The notes under the pieces were generated by a model, which saw only the letters and a program-made list of their open reading frames with translations, was not told the DNA's origin and ran no database searches. Below, piece after piece: positions 39,344 to 49,708 of a stretch of DNA of 64,000 nucleotides (position 1 is the first letter of the stretch; each line of letters starts with the position of its first letter). Position numbers and translations under genes: made by a program. The stretch is from an uncultured Verrucomicrobiae bacterium (GTDB lineage: Bacteria > Verrucomicrobiota > Verrucomicrobiia > Limisphaerales > JAHDYP01). The stretch lies in the NCBI GenBank assembly GCA_963765535.1, contig CAVXWU010000017.1:34891-98890 (forward strand), written 5' to 3'.

Positions 39344-40843
39344 CTACACCAATACGGATGAGTAACGCTCCGATTCGGTCGCGCTGGGACCGGACTCCGC
39401 CATGAGCGGCGCCGTGGGATTCTGGAAATGGATGTGTGCCAGGGCGAGGTAATGCGGGAATATGTCCGTGTTCTGAAGAAAGCCGCGAAACCGCTCCGAT
39501 CCCGGTCCCAGGGCCGCTAGCGGGACGTAATCGGAAGTGTGCGATGTGCCCGTCCAGCCGATGCCGAGATGATTTGCCAGCAACTGACCCATCTGCGCAG
39601 TCCAGCTATTCATCAATTCGTAGAGCGGCGGCTGTCGATCTTCCAGGAACCTGGCGAACCCCTCCGCCTCTGCCTTCGTCAAGGCACACCCGATCCCCTC
39701 GGCAACCAACTCGGCGATAACATTCGGCGACAGGCCTCTGGTGGACTTGGCTTGCTTAAAATCCTCCTGCAACCGGGCCAGAGATTTGCGAACGCGCTTC
39801 AGATTGCCAAACAACGGAACGCTCGAAGTATAGTTGCTCCCCATCCCGTTGAGGCCGGGGTTCGAGTTTCCGTGGTCGGTTGTCACCACCAGCAACGTCT
39901 CGGGGGCCTGCCGTTGAAACTCGAGACAGACCTCCAGCGCCTCGTCGAACGCCAACTGATCCCCCATGACCGCCGCGGCATCCGAACTATGCGCCCCGTG
40001 ATCGACTCGACCCCCTTCAACCTGCAGAATGAAATGGCTTTCCTCGGACAGGCGATGCAAGGCCGCGCGCGTCATCTCCGACAGAGTCGGCACATTCGCC
40101 TGCAGCTTCTCGTCAGCCTGATGATCAATCGTGTAGGGAAGATGACTGCTGGCAAATGTGCCAAGCCATCTGCCTTTGGAAGGGGCTTGTTTCAGTTCGC
40201 TTCGACAGTCCATCACCCGGTAGCCCGCCTCTCGGTATTCGGCCTTCAAATCGCATTTGTCTTTGCGTTTCGCCGGATCGAAGAACTTTTCTCCGCCGCC
40301 CAGCAGGACTTCGATCCGCCGCTCGAGATATTGCGCCGCGATTTGTTCGGCGCCGCCTCGATCTTCCACATTGGTCGCAAAGCCAGCCGGGGTGGCATGG
40401 GTGATCTCGGTGGTGGTTACCAGGCCACGAGCCCACCCGGCATCACCCAGCACATCATACAAGGTTTTAAGTTCGCGCCCGTCCGGAAGTAGATTGAGGC
40501 TGCCGTTTCGCACCCGCGAACCCGAACCCCAACTGCTCGAAGCAGCCGCCGAGTCGGTGACCAGCGAATTCAGAGACCGCATGTTGACCACGGCGGTCAC
40601 AACGTCCGCCCGGTGATACAACTCCGTCCACGCCAGGGACCGACCGCGCACCAGCCACGAGTATTGATCCGCACACGAAAACGTCCCCATGCTCATCCCG
40701 TCGCTCACCAGTTGGATAATTCGCCGCGGTCGATCGCCACTCCCGGTCCTTGAATCCGCACCCTGAATCCGGGGAGCGGTCGCCAGCCCCGACAAGGTGA
40801 AGAGCCCCGAGGAAGCGACAAACCGGCGACGCGATAATTTCAT
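39344..40843 (-). CDS. phoA: Alkaline phosphatase, Tat-exported
   Basis: SRRRF; DGM, VTDSAAA, THATPA, EGGRVDHGAH, TTDHG, HT. Confidence 0.9.
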   Translation of the reverse strand: MKLSRRRFVASSGLFTLSGLATAPRIQGADSRTGSGDRPRRIIQLVSDGMSMGTFSCADQYSWLVRGRSLAWTELYHRADVVTAVVNMRSLNSLVTDSAAASSSWGSGSRVRNGSLNLLPDGRELKTLYDVLGDAGWARGLVTTTEITHATPAGFATNVEDRGGAEQIAAQYLERRIEVLLGGGEKFFDPAKRKDKCDLKAEYREAGYRVMDCRSELKQAPSKGRWLGTFASSHLPYTIDHQADEKLQANVPTLSEMTRAALHRLSEESHFILQVEGGRVDHGAHSSDAAAVMGDQLAFDEALEVCLEFQRQAPETLLVVTTDHGNSNPGLNGMGSNYTSSVPLFGNLKRVRKSLARLQEDFKQAKSTRGLSPNVIAELVAEGIGCALTKAEAEGFARFLEDRQPPLYELMNSWTAQMGQLLANHLGIGWTGTSHTSDYVPLAALGPGSERFRGFLQNTDIFPHYLALAHIHFQNPTAPLMAESGPSATESERYSSVLV

Positions 40844-40977
40844 GGCTGAAGCCTAGGAAACCGGCGGATGATTGCCAACCGATATTGTGTCACATCCAGG
40901 TGTCGAATCTGTAAGCTTGTTTTGATCTGCGGAACTTGGAGGTCGACCCGGTCTCTGTTAGGGTGACGCGACGTGTC

Positions 40978-41694
40978 ATGATTCCGCCAGACCCTTGTGC
41001 CCCGGCGCCCCACGATTTGCGGCGCGCCTATCGATTGCTCCACACCCGCTTTGGCCACCAGCATTGGTGGCCCGCTCAAACCCCGTTCGAGGTTTGTGTC
41101 GGAGCGATCCTGACGCAAAATACCAGTTGGACAAACGTCGAGCGCGCTTTGCAGAACCTCCGGGCGCGCAACCTCCTCGAACCCCGGCGGCTGTTTCAAC
41201 TCCCCGAACATGACCTGGCCGAGTTGCTGCGACCTTCGGGCTATTTCCGCGTCAAGGCCCGCCGGCTTCGCGCCTTCTTGCGGGTGCTCGTGGAAGAGTA
41301 CGACGCCAACCTGGAGCATTTGTGGCTGGGAACACCGCAGCAGGCGCGAAATCGCCTCCTGCAAATCCATGGAATCGGGCCCGAGACAGCCGACAGCATC
41401 CTGCTCTATGCCGGCCGGCTCCCCTTCTTCGTGATCGATGCCTATACCCGCCGCGTCTTCACGCGGCATGGGTGGTGTTCGAGCAACCCGACCTATGCGG
41501 AACTCCAGCAGATCTGCACGATCGCATTGAGCCGGAACCCGCCCGGCCGACGTCTCGACTTTTGGCAGGATTTCCATGCCCAGTTCGTCATGCTCGGCAA
41601 ACACTATTGCCGCGCATCCCGGCCTCGATGCGATCAATGCCCGCTGAAATCGCTGCTCCCAAATCCTGCGGTCGCTCGCGATCCCATCGCCTAA
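40978..41694 (+). CDS. Endonuclease III-like HhH-GPD DNA glycosylase
   Basis: WWP..TPFEV.VGAILTQNT.W, GIGPETADSI, VIDAYT.R, C...P.C..CPL. Confidence 0.9.
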   Translation: MIPPDPCAPAPHDLRRAYRLLHTRFGHQHWWPAQTPFEVCVGAILTQNTSWTNVERALQNLRARNLLEPRRLFQLPEHDLAELLRPSGYFRVKARRLRAFLRVLVEEYDANLEHLWLGTPQQARNRLLQIHGIGPETADSILLYAGRLPFFVIDAYTRRVFTRHGWCSSNPTYAELQQICTIALSRNPPGRRLDFWQDFHAQFVMLGKHYCRASRPRCDQCPLKSLLPNPAVARDPIA

Positions 41695-41761
41695 TCCCGC
41701 TTGTCTTGAACTTCCGGATCGCTTAATTACCACGTCAGCCGCGGGCGCATCCGGATCCGCC

Positions 41762-42493
41762 ATGGTCGAAACCATCATCATCATTCCGACCTACAACGAA
41801 CGGGAGAACCTCCCGGTTCTTGTCCGTCATCTGCTCTCGCTGGAACTTCCGCTCGACTTGTTGGTCGTGGATGACAACTCACCCGACGGGACCGGCGTAA
41901 TTGCGGATGAACTGGCCCGAAGCCATAAGCAGGTGCATGTCCTGCACCGGGCCGAAAAGGATGGACTGGGGCGCGCCTATTGTGCGGGGTTTGAATGGGC
42001 TCTCGCCAAGGGTTACGAATTCATTTTCGAAATGGATGGCGACTCGTCGCACAACCCGGCCGACATTCCCAGATTCCTGGAGGCGGCGGGCACGGCCGAT
42101 CTGGTGTTGGGCTCGCGTTATGCCCAGGGTATTCGGGTCATCAATTGGCCGCTCAGCCGCCTGCTGCTGAGCCTGATGGCCGCCAAGTACGTCCAGTGCA
42201 TCACGGGCATGCCCTTCACCGATCCCACCGGAGGATACAAATGCTTTCGCCGACGCACCCTGGAATCGATCAACCTCGGCAAGGTCCGGTCCAATGGCTA
42301 CAGTTTCCAGATTGAACTCACTCACAAGATCTGGTGCCGGGGCCTGCGCATCGCCGAGGTCCCCATCATCTTCACCGACCGCTATCAGGGGACCTCGAAG
42401 ATGTCGGGGCATATCGTCCGGGAAGCGCTGATCATGGTGTGGCGATTGTGGATTCAAAACAGATTCCGCCGGTCGCCACGAGTTTTGACTTGA
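41762..42493 (+). CDS. Polyprenol monophosphomannose synthase (GT2)
   Basis: IPTYNE.EN, VDDNSPDGT, MDGD.SH, D.TGG.KC, GYSFQIE, SKMS. Confidence 0.92.
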   Translation: MVETIIIIPTYNERENLPVLVRHLLSLELPLDLLVVDDNSPDGTGVIADELARSHKQVHVLHRAEKDGLGRAYCAGFEWALAKGYEFIFEMDGDSSHNPADIPRFLEAAGTADLVLGSRYAQGIRVINWPLSRLLLSLMAAKYVQCITGMPFTDPTGGYKCFRRRTLESINLGKVRSNGYSFQIELTHKIWCRGLRIAEVPIIFTDRYQGTSKMSGHIVREALIMVWRLWIQNRFRRSPRVLT

Positions 42494-42586
42494 GAAACCG
42501 CGCAAGCCGAACCATAGTCCGGCTGGATTTGCGCCAGATGCGGGATGTTCACTGGCGGACTGCTCATTAAAAAAGGCATTTGGGTT

Positions 42587-42767
42587 TACCCTGCCCATGC
42601 GCGTGCTTAGAGACAAAGTCCTTGAACCGTAGTTAGCCAAGTACGGGGTCTTAACTCGTGAGGCGGCCGGCAGGCCTTGACTGGAAGCCGAAGGCCTCTG
42701 CAAGCGGGCCCCACCTGTTTCTAAGTAGTTCAAAGGAACTGTTGAACACGGCATTACGGGCGGGGTT
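42587..42767 (+). ncRNA. ssrS: 6S RNA
   Basis: ~180-nt rod: ACCCTGCCC/GGGCGGGGT closing stem, central bubble, CCTTGAAC...GTTCAAAGG inner stem; upstream of ygfA and rny. Confidence 0.8.
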
Positions 42768-42804
42768 TTCTTTCCCCGCCTGCCAACCCATCCCTCAACC
42801 GTCC

Positions 42805-44181
42805 ATGTCGCAACCCGATTTCTTTCCCGATCCCAACGTCCCTTCCTCTCCTGTCCCGGGTGCATCGTCCAATGCTTCCACTCCCGCCACCGTCCCGCTC
42901 GCCGCCCGCATGCGGCCGCGCACCCTCGACGAGTTTGTGGGCCAGCGCCACATTCTCGGGCCCGGCCAATTGCTCCGTCGTGCCATTGAAGCCGACCGGA
43001 TTCAATCGTTGATCTTTTACGGCCCGCCGGGCACGGGCAAGACCTCGCTGGCGCAAATCATCGCCCACCGGACTCAAAGCCGATACGAGCGACTTAGCGG
43101 CGTCGAATCCAACGTTGCGGATATGCGCCGCGTTCTCGCCTCGGCCGCCCATCGACTGGCCAATACCGGTCAGTCCACAATTCTGTTCATCGACGAGATC
43201 CACCGGTTCAATCGCGGTCAGCAGGACGTTCTCCTTCCGGACGTGGAAAACGGCGTCGTCCGTCTGATCGGCGCCACCACCCAGAACCCGTTTTTTTTCG
43301 TCAATTCGCCCCTGGTCTCGCGTTCTCAGATCTTCCAACTCCGACCCCTGACCTCAGAAGATCTCGTCTCCGTGCTGGAAGTCGCATTGTCCGATCAGGA
43401 GCGCGGCTTGGGCCGCGTCGAAATTCGCGCCCTGCCTGAAGCGCTCGGCCATTTGGCGCGGGTCTCGGACGGTGACGCCCGCAAGGCGTTGAACTCGCTG
43501 GAGATTGCCGCCATCACCACGCCGCCGGCGGCTGATGGATCTATTCTGCTCGATCTCGCGGTGGCGGAGCAATGCATTCAGAAAAAGGCCGTTGTGTACG
43601 ATTCCGACGGTGATGCCCACTACGACACGATATCGGCTTTCATCAAATCCATGCGCGGCAGCGACCCCGATGCGACGCTCTACTGGCTGGCGAAGATGAT
43701 CCATGCCGGCGAAGATCCCCGCTTCATCGCCCGCCGCATTGTCATTCATGCCGCAGAGGACGTGGGCCTGGCCGATCCCGTGGCGCTGATGCTCGCCATC
43801 GCGGCATTCCATGCCTCCGAATTCATTGGCTGGCCCGAGGCGCGCATCCCCATCGCCGAAGCCGCGCTTTACATCGCCACCGCCCCCAAAAGCAACAGCA
43901 CCGTGGTCGCCATCGATGCTGCCCTCGCCGAAATCCGATCCGGCCGCACCTTGCCCGTCCCAAGCCACTTGCGCGACGCCCACTATCCGGGCGCCGAGCG
44001 CCTCGGCCATGGCAAAAGTTATCTTTACCCCCACGATTTCCCCGGGCATGTCGTGGCCCAGGATTATTTGGGCGCCGCGCTGCGGTTCTACGAACCAAGC
44101 GACCAGGGGCGGGAACGGCAGATCCGGGAACGGCTGGACGCCTGGCGCAAGATCCTGGAGGTCTCGAACACGAGCGCATGA
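42805..44181 (+). CDS. rarA: Replication-associated recombination protein A
   Basis: PLAARMRP, GPPGTGKT, FIDEIHRFN, GATTQNP, HYD.ISAFIKS.RGSD, YLYPHD. Confidence 0.95.
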   Translation: MSQPDFFPDPNVPSSPVPGASSNASTPATVPLAARMRPRTLDEFVGQRHILGPGQLLRRAIEADRIQSLIFYGPPGTGKTSLAQIIAHRTQSRYERLSGVESNVADMRRVLASAAHRLANTGQSTILFIDEIHRFNRGQQDVLLPDVENGVVRLIGATTQNPFFFVNSPLVSRSQIFQLRPLTSEDLVSVLEVALSDQERGLGRVEIRALPEALGHLARVSDGDARKALNSLEIAAITTPPAADGSILLDLAVAEQCIQKKAVVYDSDGDAHYDTISAFIKSMRGSDPDATLYWLAKMIHAGEDPRFIARRIVIHAAEDVGLADPVALMLAIAAFHASEFIGWPEARIPIAEAALYIATAPKSNSTVVAIDAALAEIRSGRTLPVPSHLRDAHYPGAERLGHGKSYLYPHDFPGHVVAQDYLGAALRFYEPSDQGRERQIRERLDAWRKILEVSNTSA

Positions 44182-44771
44182 CTGCCACTCCCGAAAGCCC
44201 GAAGTCGGTGCTTCGCCGCCAAATCCGAAAGGCCCTCGCCGCTCTGTCGCGGGAAGATCGCGCGTCGGCTTCCCTGCGCGCGTGCGAACATATCATCAGT
44301 TCGGCCCTCTGGCGCCAGGCGCGTACGCTTCTGCTCTATGCGCCCCGGGTCGATGAGATCGATATCACCCCGCTTTGGGCCCGCGCGCTGTCAGAAGCTA
44401 AAATGCTCTGCCTCCCCCGCTTCGATCCCTTCACCAACCAGTATTCAGTGTCGCACGTTGTCGATCCCACCTCGGACCTGGCAGCCGGCCGCTACGGCAT
44501 CCCTGAACCGCTTCCCCATTGCCCGCCGGTTTCTGTCAACCGACTGGACTTCGTGCTGGTCCCTGGGTTAGCTTTTGATCCGAATGGCCGCCGGTTGGGC
44601 CGAGGGCAGGGACATTACGACCGCCTGTTGGCCGGCGTGGAAGCCTTGAAGTGCGGGATCGGGTTTGACGTGCAATGGCTGGAATCCATCCCGCAGGAAC
44701 CTTGTGACGTGCTGTTGGATGTTAGCCTGACGCCGGGACGCGGGTTGGTCTGGAGCCCCGCCCGGATCTGA
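44178..44771 (+). CDS. ygfA: 5-formyltetrahydrofolate cyclo-ligase
   Basis: GI.EP, LVPGLAFD..G.RLGRG.G.YDR. Confidence 0.92.
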   Translation: MTATPESPKSVLRRQIRKALAALSREDRASASLRACEHIISSALWRQARTLLLYAPRVDEIDITPLWARALSEAKMLCLPRFDPFTNQYSVSHVVDPTSDLAAGRYGIPEPLPHCPPVSVNRLDFVLVPGLAFDPNGRRLGRGQGHYDRLLAGVEALKCGIGFDVQWLESIPQEPCDVLLDVSLTPGRGLVWSPARI

Positions 44772-44772
44772 A

Positions 44773-46338
44773 ATGATTGTTCTGGCACAGTTTTTTTGGG
44801 ACGGAATGCTGTTTCTCTGGGTCGGCGCCGCATTGGGCTTCTTGCTTTGTCTTTTAAAGGAACGCAGCCAACAACGCGCTGCCGGGGCTGCTTCCCAAAT
44901 TCTCCTTGATAACGCCCGGCGCGATGCCGAGGCCCTCCTGCGGGATGCGCGACTGGCCGCCAATGAATCGGCCCTGAAGATCCGGGATCAACAGGAGCAA
45001 ACCCTCAGCGCCCAGCGCCAGGAAATGGTCGAACTCGAACAACGCCTCGAAGAACGCGAATCCCTCGTCAACCAACAACTGGAAGGTCTGCTCCGCCGCC
45101 AACAGGAACTCCTCGACAAAGATCGCGACCTCCAATCCCGCCATTCCCAACTCGACCAACGTCAACTCGAGCTCAACGATCTCCTCCAACGCGAGAACGC
45201 TGAACTCCACCGCCTCGCCCACCTCACGGAAGCCGATGCGCGGGCCCTGGTGCTCAAACACGCCCAGGAGGAGGCCCTTCGAGATGCCACCGATCTCTCC
45301 CGCAAAATCCTCGAAGAATCAAAGACGCGCGCCGAAGACGAAGCCCGGCGCATTCTCAGCGTGGCGATCCAACGCTATGCCGGCGATCACACCTTCGAAA
45401 CCACCACCACCACCGTCGCGCTCCAGGGCGATGACATCAAAGGCCGCATCATTGGCCGCGAAGGCCGCAATATCCGCGCCTTCGAGGCCGCCACCGGCGT
45501 CACCGTGCTCATCGACGATACCCCGAACGCGGTCGTCCTTTCCGGCTTTGATCCCGTCCGCCGCGAGATCGCGCGTGAATCGATGCAACGCCTCATCCTC
45601 GATGGGCGCATCCACCCGACACGGATTGAAGAGGTGGTCTCCAAAGTGACCGAAGAAATCGATGAAGCCATTCTTAAAACGGGCGAGGAAGCCGTGTATC
45701 AATTGGGCCTGCCACCCATCCATGTCGAATTGGTCAAACTCCTCGGCAAACTTCGGTTCCGGCGCAGTTTCTCCCAGAATATTCTTAATCACTCCATCGA
45801 AGTCGGTCACTTGACCGGCCTCCTTGCCGCCGAACTCGGTCTCGACCTGACCCTCGCCAGGAAAGCCGGCCTCCTCCACGACATCGGCAAGGCCTTGAGC
45901 CACGAACTCGAAGGCACCCATGCCGCCGTCGGCGCCGACATCGTCCGGCGTCACGGTGAGACGGAAGATATTGTCAATGCCATCGCCTCGCACCACGGCG
46001 AGGTCCCCGCCACCTCTCTCTACGGCATCCTGGTCAGTGCCGCCGACGCGATCAGCGCCTCCCGCCCCGGGGCGCGCTCCGAAACCATGGCCACCTATAT
46101 CAAACGCCTGGACGACCTCGAGCAGATCGGGATGTCCTTCAAAGGCGTCGAAAAATGCTTCGCCGTCCAAGCCGGCCGCGAGTTGCGCGTCATGGTCCAA
46201 CCCGAAACAATCTCCGACGACCAGGCGTACTTCCTCGCCCGGGTCATCGCCCGAAGGATCGAGGAGATCCTCCATTACCCCGGTCAGATCCGCGTCACGG
46301 TCTTGCGCGAAACCCGCTGCATCGAATTCGCCAAATAA
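44773..46338 (+). CDS. rny: Ribonuclease Y
   Basis: TM plus coiled coil, KH KGRIIGREGRNIR, HD LLHDIGK, ADAISASRPGAR, QAGRE. Confidence 0.96.
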   Translation: MIVLAQFFWDGMLFLWVGAALGFLLCLLKERSQQRAAGAASQILLDNARRDAEALLRDARLAANESALKIRDQQEQTLSAQRQEMVELEQRLEERESLVNQQLEGLLRRQQELLDKDRDLQSRHSQLDQRQLELNDLLQRENAELHRLAHLTEADARALVLKHAQEEALRDATDLSRKILEESKTRAEDEARRILSVAIQRYAGDHTFETTTTTVALQGDDIKGRIIGREGRNIRAFEAATGVTVLIDDTPNAVVLSGFDPVRREIARESMQRLILDGRIHPTRIEEVVSKVTEEIDEAILKTGEEAVYQLGLPPIHVELVKLLGKLRFRRSFSQNILNHSIEVGHLTGLLAAELGLDLTLARKAGLLHDIGKALSHELEGTHAAVGADIVRRHGETEDIVNAIASHHGEVPATSLYGILVSAADAISASRPGARSETMATYIKRLDDLEQIGMSFKGVEKCFAVQAGRELRVMVQPETISDDQAYFLARVIARRIEEILHYPGQIRVTVLRETRCIEFAK

Positions 46339-46375
46339 GCGCGGGAATCTTCCCCTTCCCCATAGGCTATTGTGT

Positions 46376-47014
46376 TCAGGGCGCCAAACGCTCGATCACC
46401 CAGGCGCCGTCCAATTGCCGCAGATACCGGAAGCGGTCGTGCAGGCGGTTGGCGCGGCCCTGCCAAAACTCGAACTCGACCGGCTTGACCCGGTAGCCGC
46501 CCCAGAACGAAGGCAAAGGCACCTGGCCATTGGCGAATTTCCGCTTCATCTCTTCCCATTTCGACTCCAATAGCTTCCGTGACGTGACGGCACTGCTCTG
46601 CTGCGACGCCCAGGCCGCCAACTGGCTCCCCAGCGGACGCGTGACAAAATACCTGATCGTCTCTGCCGTCGAGGTCTTCTCAACCGGGCCGTGTATGATC
46701 ACCTGCCGCTCGAGCCCCAGCCAGGGAAACAATAGACACCCCTGCGCGTTCTCCGCGAGCTGCTGGGCCTTTTTGCTTTCGAGATTCGTGAAGAAGACAA
46801 AACCGCGCTCGTCATATTGCTTGAGCAGGACGGTGCGCGCCGACGGTCGTCCATCCTTCCAGGCCGTGGCCAGGCTCATCGCGTTCGGCTCCAGAATGCC
46901 TGCCGCGCACGCCTGCTCGAACCACAACTTGAACTGCACCACCGGGTCCGCGGCCATCGCCTCGCGCCGAAGCCCCACACTCGCATACTCCGCCCGCATG
47001 TCCGCAATGTTCAT
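46376..47014 (-). CDS. pdxH: Pyridoxamine 5'-phosphate oxidase
   Basis: EPNAM.LAT, R.VLLK, FFTN..S.K, EFWQGR..RLHDR. Confidence 0.96.
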   Translation of the reverse strand: MNIADMRAEYASVGLRREAMAADPVVQFKLWFEQACAAGILEPNAMSLATAWKDGRPSARTVLLKQYDERGFVFFTNLESKKAQQLAENAQGCLLFPWLGLERQVIIHGPVEKTSTAETIRYFVTRPLGSQLAAWASQQSSAVTSRKLLESKWEEMKRKFANGQVPLPSFWGGYRVKPVEFEFWQGRANRLHDRFRYLRQLDGAWVIERLAP

Positions 47015-47032
47015 ACTGGACGAAAAGGCTAC

Positions 47033-47260
47033 TCATACCCCTTCAGCCCGGCAATTGAGTAATCCAAGGGAGTGCGACAGCAGTTCGTCGCCGATGTGCA
47101 ACTTGAGATCCGTGAACATTGGAGCCGGATGGCAGGAGGCACAGCTCTGCCAACTCTTGTGGCCGATCATTGCGCCGTTGAAAAGCTCTTCGCCTTGGTC
47201 AACCGTGGTGATGGCCGCGCCCGCACCCACACGGACCAGCGTCCCGGGCCCGCCGTTACC
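47033..47260 (-). pseudogene. Collapsed fragment of a di-heme cytochrome c peroxidase-like protein
   Basis: QGEELFN...WQSCASCHPAPMFTDLKLH; single CxxCH, no signal peptide or convincing start. Confidence 0.55.
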
Positions 47261-47562
47261 CAGGGACACCGGACGCGAATCAAGGATGCCCGGAACAATC
47301 TCACTTGCTGCCCTCATTGTGACTGCGGCAGTCCGGATTCCGTTACTGATGCGTTGAACAACGTCACGAGCTGTTTTTGGCTCTAGAGCAGAATTTGTGG
47401 GAATCCCAAGCTGGTCCAAGAACGACGTGCCCAATTCTTGCCCACTTTCGGCGGCAATCAGCGGGCATTTTTCAGGCAAGAAACCCACAACTTCCGCCAC
47501 TTCGTCGGCGTCGGTTACCTTTTCATTTGAGTCAAGGAGAGGTTTTTTGCTACGAAGTCCTC

Positions 47563-49160
47563 ATGCGCGGCGATGGACGTCCTGTCAGAATAACGACAGC
47601 GATGATACTCCTGTTGTCTGGGGCCATGACCACCTACGCGGCCGATTTCTGGGAACGACTACCTGACGGTGCTCTTACCGGTAGGAGCAGCCACTCGGCT
47701 GTCTGGACCGGAACGGAAATGGTCGTCTGGGGCGGCGGCACTGGAGGCTCATACGACAATGCCGGAGGACGCTACAACCCCGTCAATCGCTCATGGAACC
47801 CCCTCTCCTTTGAGGGGGCACCGTCAGGCCGTTTAAACCACTCTGTCGTTTGGACGGGGAAGGAGATGATTGTATGGGGAGGCATGGATCGTCTTGGCAC
47901 CTTTATTACATATTATGGGGATGGTGGCCTGTATAATCCGACTACAGACACTTGGCGGCCCCTGGGCACAACTGCGGCTCCTGGGGCGCGGAACGCGCAT
48001 TTGGCGGTCTGGACCGGCAGTGAAATGATCGTTTGGGGAGGTTTCCCTTTCTACGAAGGCGGCAGGTATGATCCACAGACCGACACTTGGATTGCGATAT
48101 CTAACGCCGGAGCCCCAACGCCGCGCTGGTTCAGCTCGGCGGTTTGGACCGGCAGTGAAGTGATCGTCTGGGGAGGGTGGGACTCGAACACCGCTCTGAG
48201 TGATGGAGCAGCGTACAATCCCTCCAACGACTCCTGGAGGCCTCTGGACGTCGCAGGTGCTCTTGTCGCTCGATACGCGCACACCGCTGTCTGGACCGGG
48301 AAAGAAGTGATCATCTGGGGCGGGATAGGGGGCGACAGAACCGACAACCCGCGACTTAGTGGTCTGTTTCATAAATACGGTTACGTTCGCGGCCAGGGGT
48401 TTTTCGGCCAGACGAGGCGCGAGTAACGAGCATACCCGCAGCGGTCTGTAAGGCGCGAGCAACGAAGTCTGGCCGAAAAAGAACGGCCGCCCGGAGGGTT
48501 GCGCCGAATTTGGCCTGGGGCGGCGTTGCTCGGCCGGTCGAGTATCGCAGGGGATACACTCTCGCCCTCGCGCCTTGCCTCAGGCCAAATTGGGCGCAAC
48601 GAACGTGACCGTATTTATGAAACAGACCACTTAGTGACGGGGCACGCTATGATCCACACACGGGCACCTGGCGTTTGTTGAACTCTGCCGGTGCACCCAG
48701 CGCAAGAAACGCTCACGTCGCAGTCTGGACAGGGAACGAAATGCTGGTATGGGGGGGCTTCAACGGCGAAGTAAGGCTCGGCGACGGGCGCCGTTACGAT
48801 CCCCAGACAGACCAGTGGGCTGAGATGACTGCGCTTGGCGGCCCGGGGCCTCGGACGAGCCTTTCGGGTGTCTGGACAGGAAGCGATTTGCTTATTTGGG
48901 GCGGATTTGGGGACGACTACCTGTATGAAACTTGGTCGTACGTGCCCACTCTGCCACGGCTCCGTGCTAGCAGGCATCCGAATGACTCGCTTGACCTCAT
49001 TTGGCCATATCCGTTTGCCGGCTTTACTCTGGAGCAGACCTCGCAAGTGTCCAGAGAATGGCAGCCGTTGAATGGAGGCTTGGAGGTTTCCAACGGCAAT
49101 TGGTATTTGCGGCTTACAAACACCGCAGAGAATGCTTTCTTTCGTCTCGCGAGACCGTGA
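47563..49160 (+). pseudogene. Secreted Kelch-repeat protein interrupted by a MITE
   Basis: Seven R...S/A/G-VWTG.E/D...WGG repeats; removing 48359-48633 restores one 440-aa frame (..NPRLS-DGARYDP..). Confidence 0.9.
48359..48630. mobile_element. 272-bp MITE, copy 2
   Basis: TIRs plus perfect TTA target duplication (48356-48358 / 48631-48633). Confidence 0.95.
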
Positions 49161-49705
49161 TAGCCAGGTATCTCAAACCCATCGTAACCGAAATGATCCG
49201 GGCCGTGATTTCCTATCCGGCATTCGAGCCTGCCAAGGGCCTCCCCTGCAGTCAGTTCTGGCGGTTCGACCGACAGCACTTCGACAAGCTCTAAGTCTGC
49301 CGTTATGGCCTCTGCTTCTGCTGTGAAGGTGAAGCTATCAGCAACCTCACGACCGTCGTTGGTTCCGAAGCGCACGGTAACCGTGTAGGATGTGGCGTCG
49401 ATGATCCCAGTCTGGTGATAATTATTGTCAAACTCAGGCCGCCAACTTGAAGAAAAGACGAGCAGAAGCGAATTCTCCGCCCGTCTCTCCGCGTCGACGC
49501 TGGATGTGGTCTCCCAGGTTCCGCACCAGAGGCCTCGTGCCGTTCGCTCCTCCATCGGGAGGTCCGAACCCGCATGCGGGGCATCGTCCCATTCGTCCGA
49601 GTCTGCGACCATCACTGTGCCTTTCCCTAACCTGAACTCGCTTCGCCTTTGGTTTTCGGCTGCCTGGACCCACCACGCTTGTCGGTGAAACTCCAGCCAA
49701 TCAAG
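49160..49705 (-). pseudogene. Fragments of extracellular-protein domains
   Basis: GWSFTDK / WWVQAAENQRRSEF..G.GTVMVADSDEWDD across a frameshift, then CARDB-like ADLELV..S.EP..LTAG....RIGN.GPD; no clear start. Confidence 0.4.
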
Positions 49706-49708
49706 GCT

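Noticed and set aside
40880-40920. Pho-box-like TGTCAC/TGTCGA/TGTAAG upstream of phoA
   Set aside because: Spacing is not the 11-bp period and the orientation points away from phoA
47680-48910. Recurring GTCTGGAC(C/A)GG nucleotide repeats at ~140-160 bp spacing
   Set aside because: They encode the Kelch VWTG motif; protein repeat, not a DNA array
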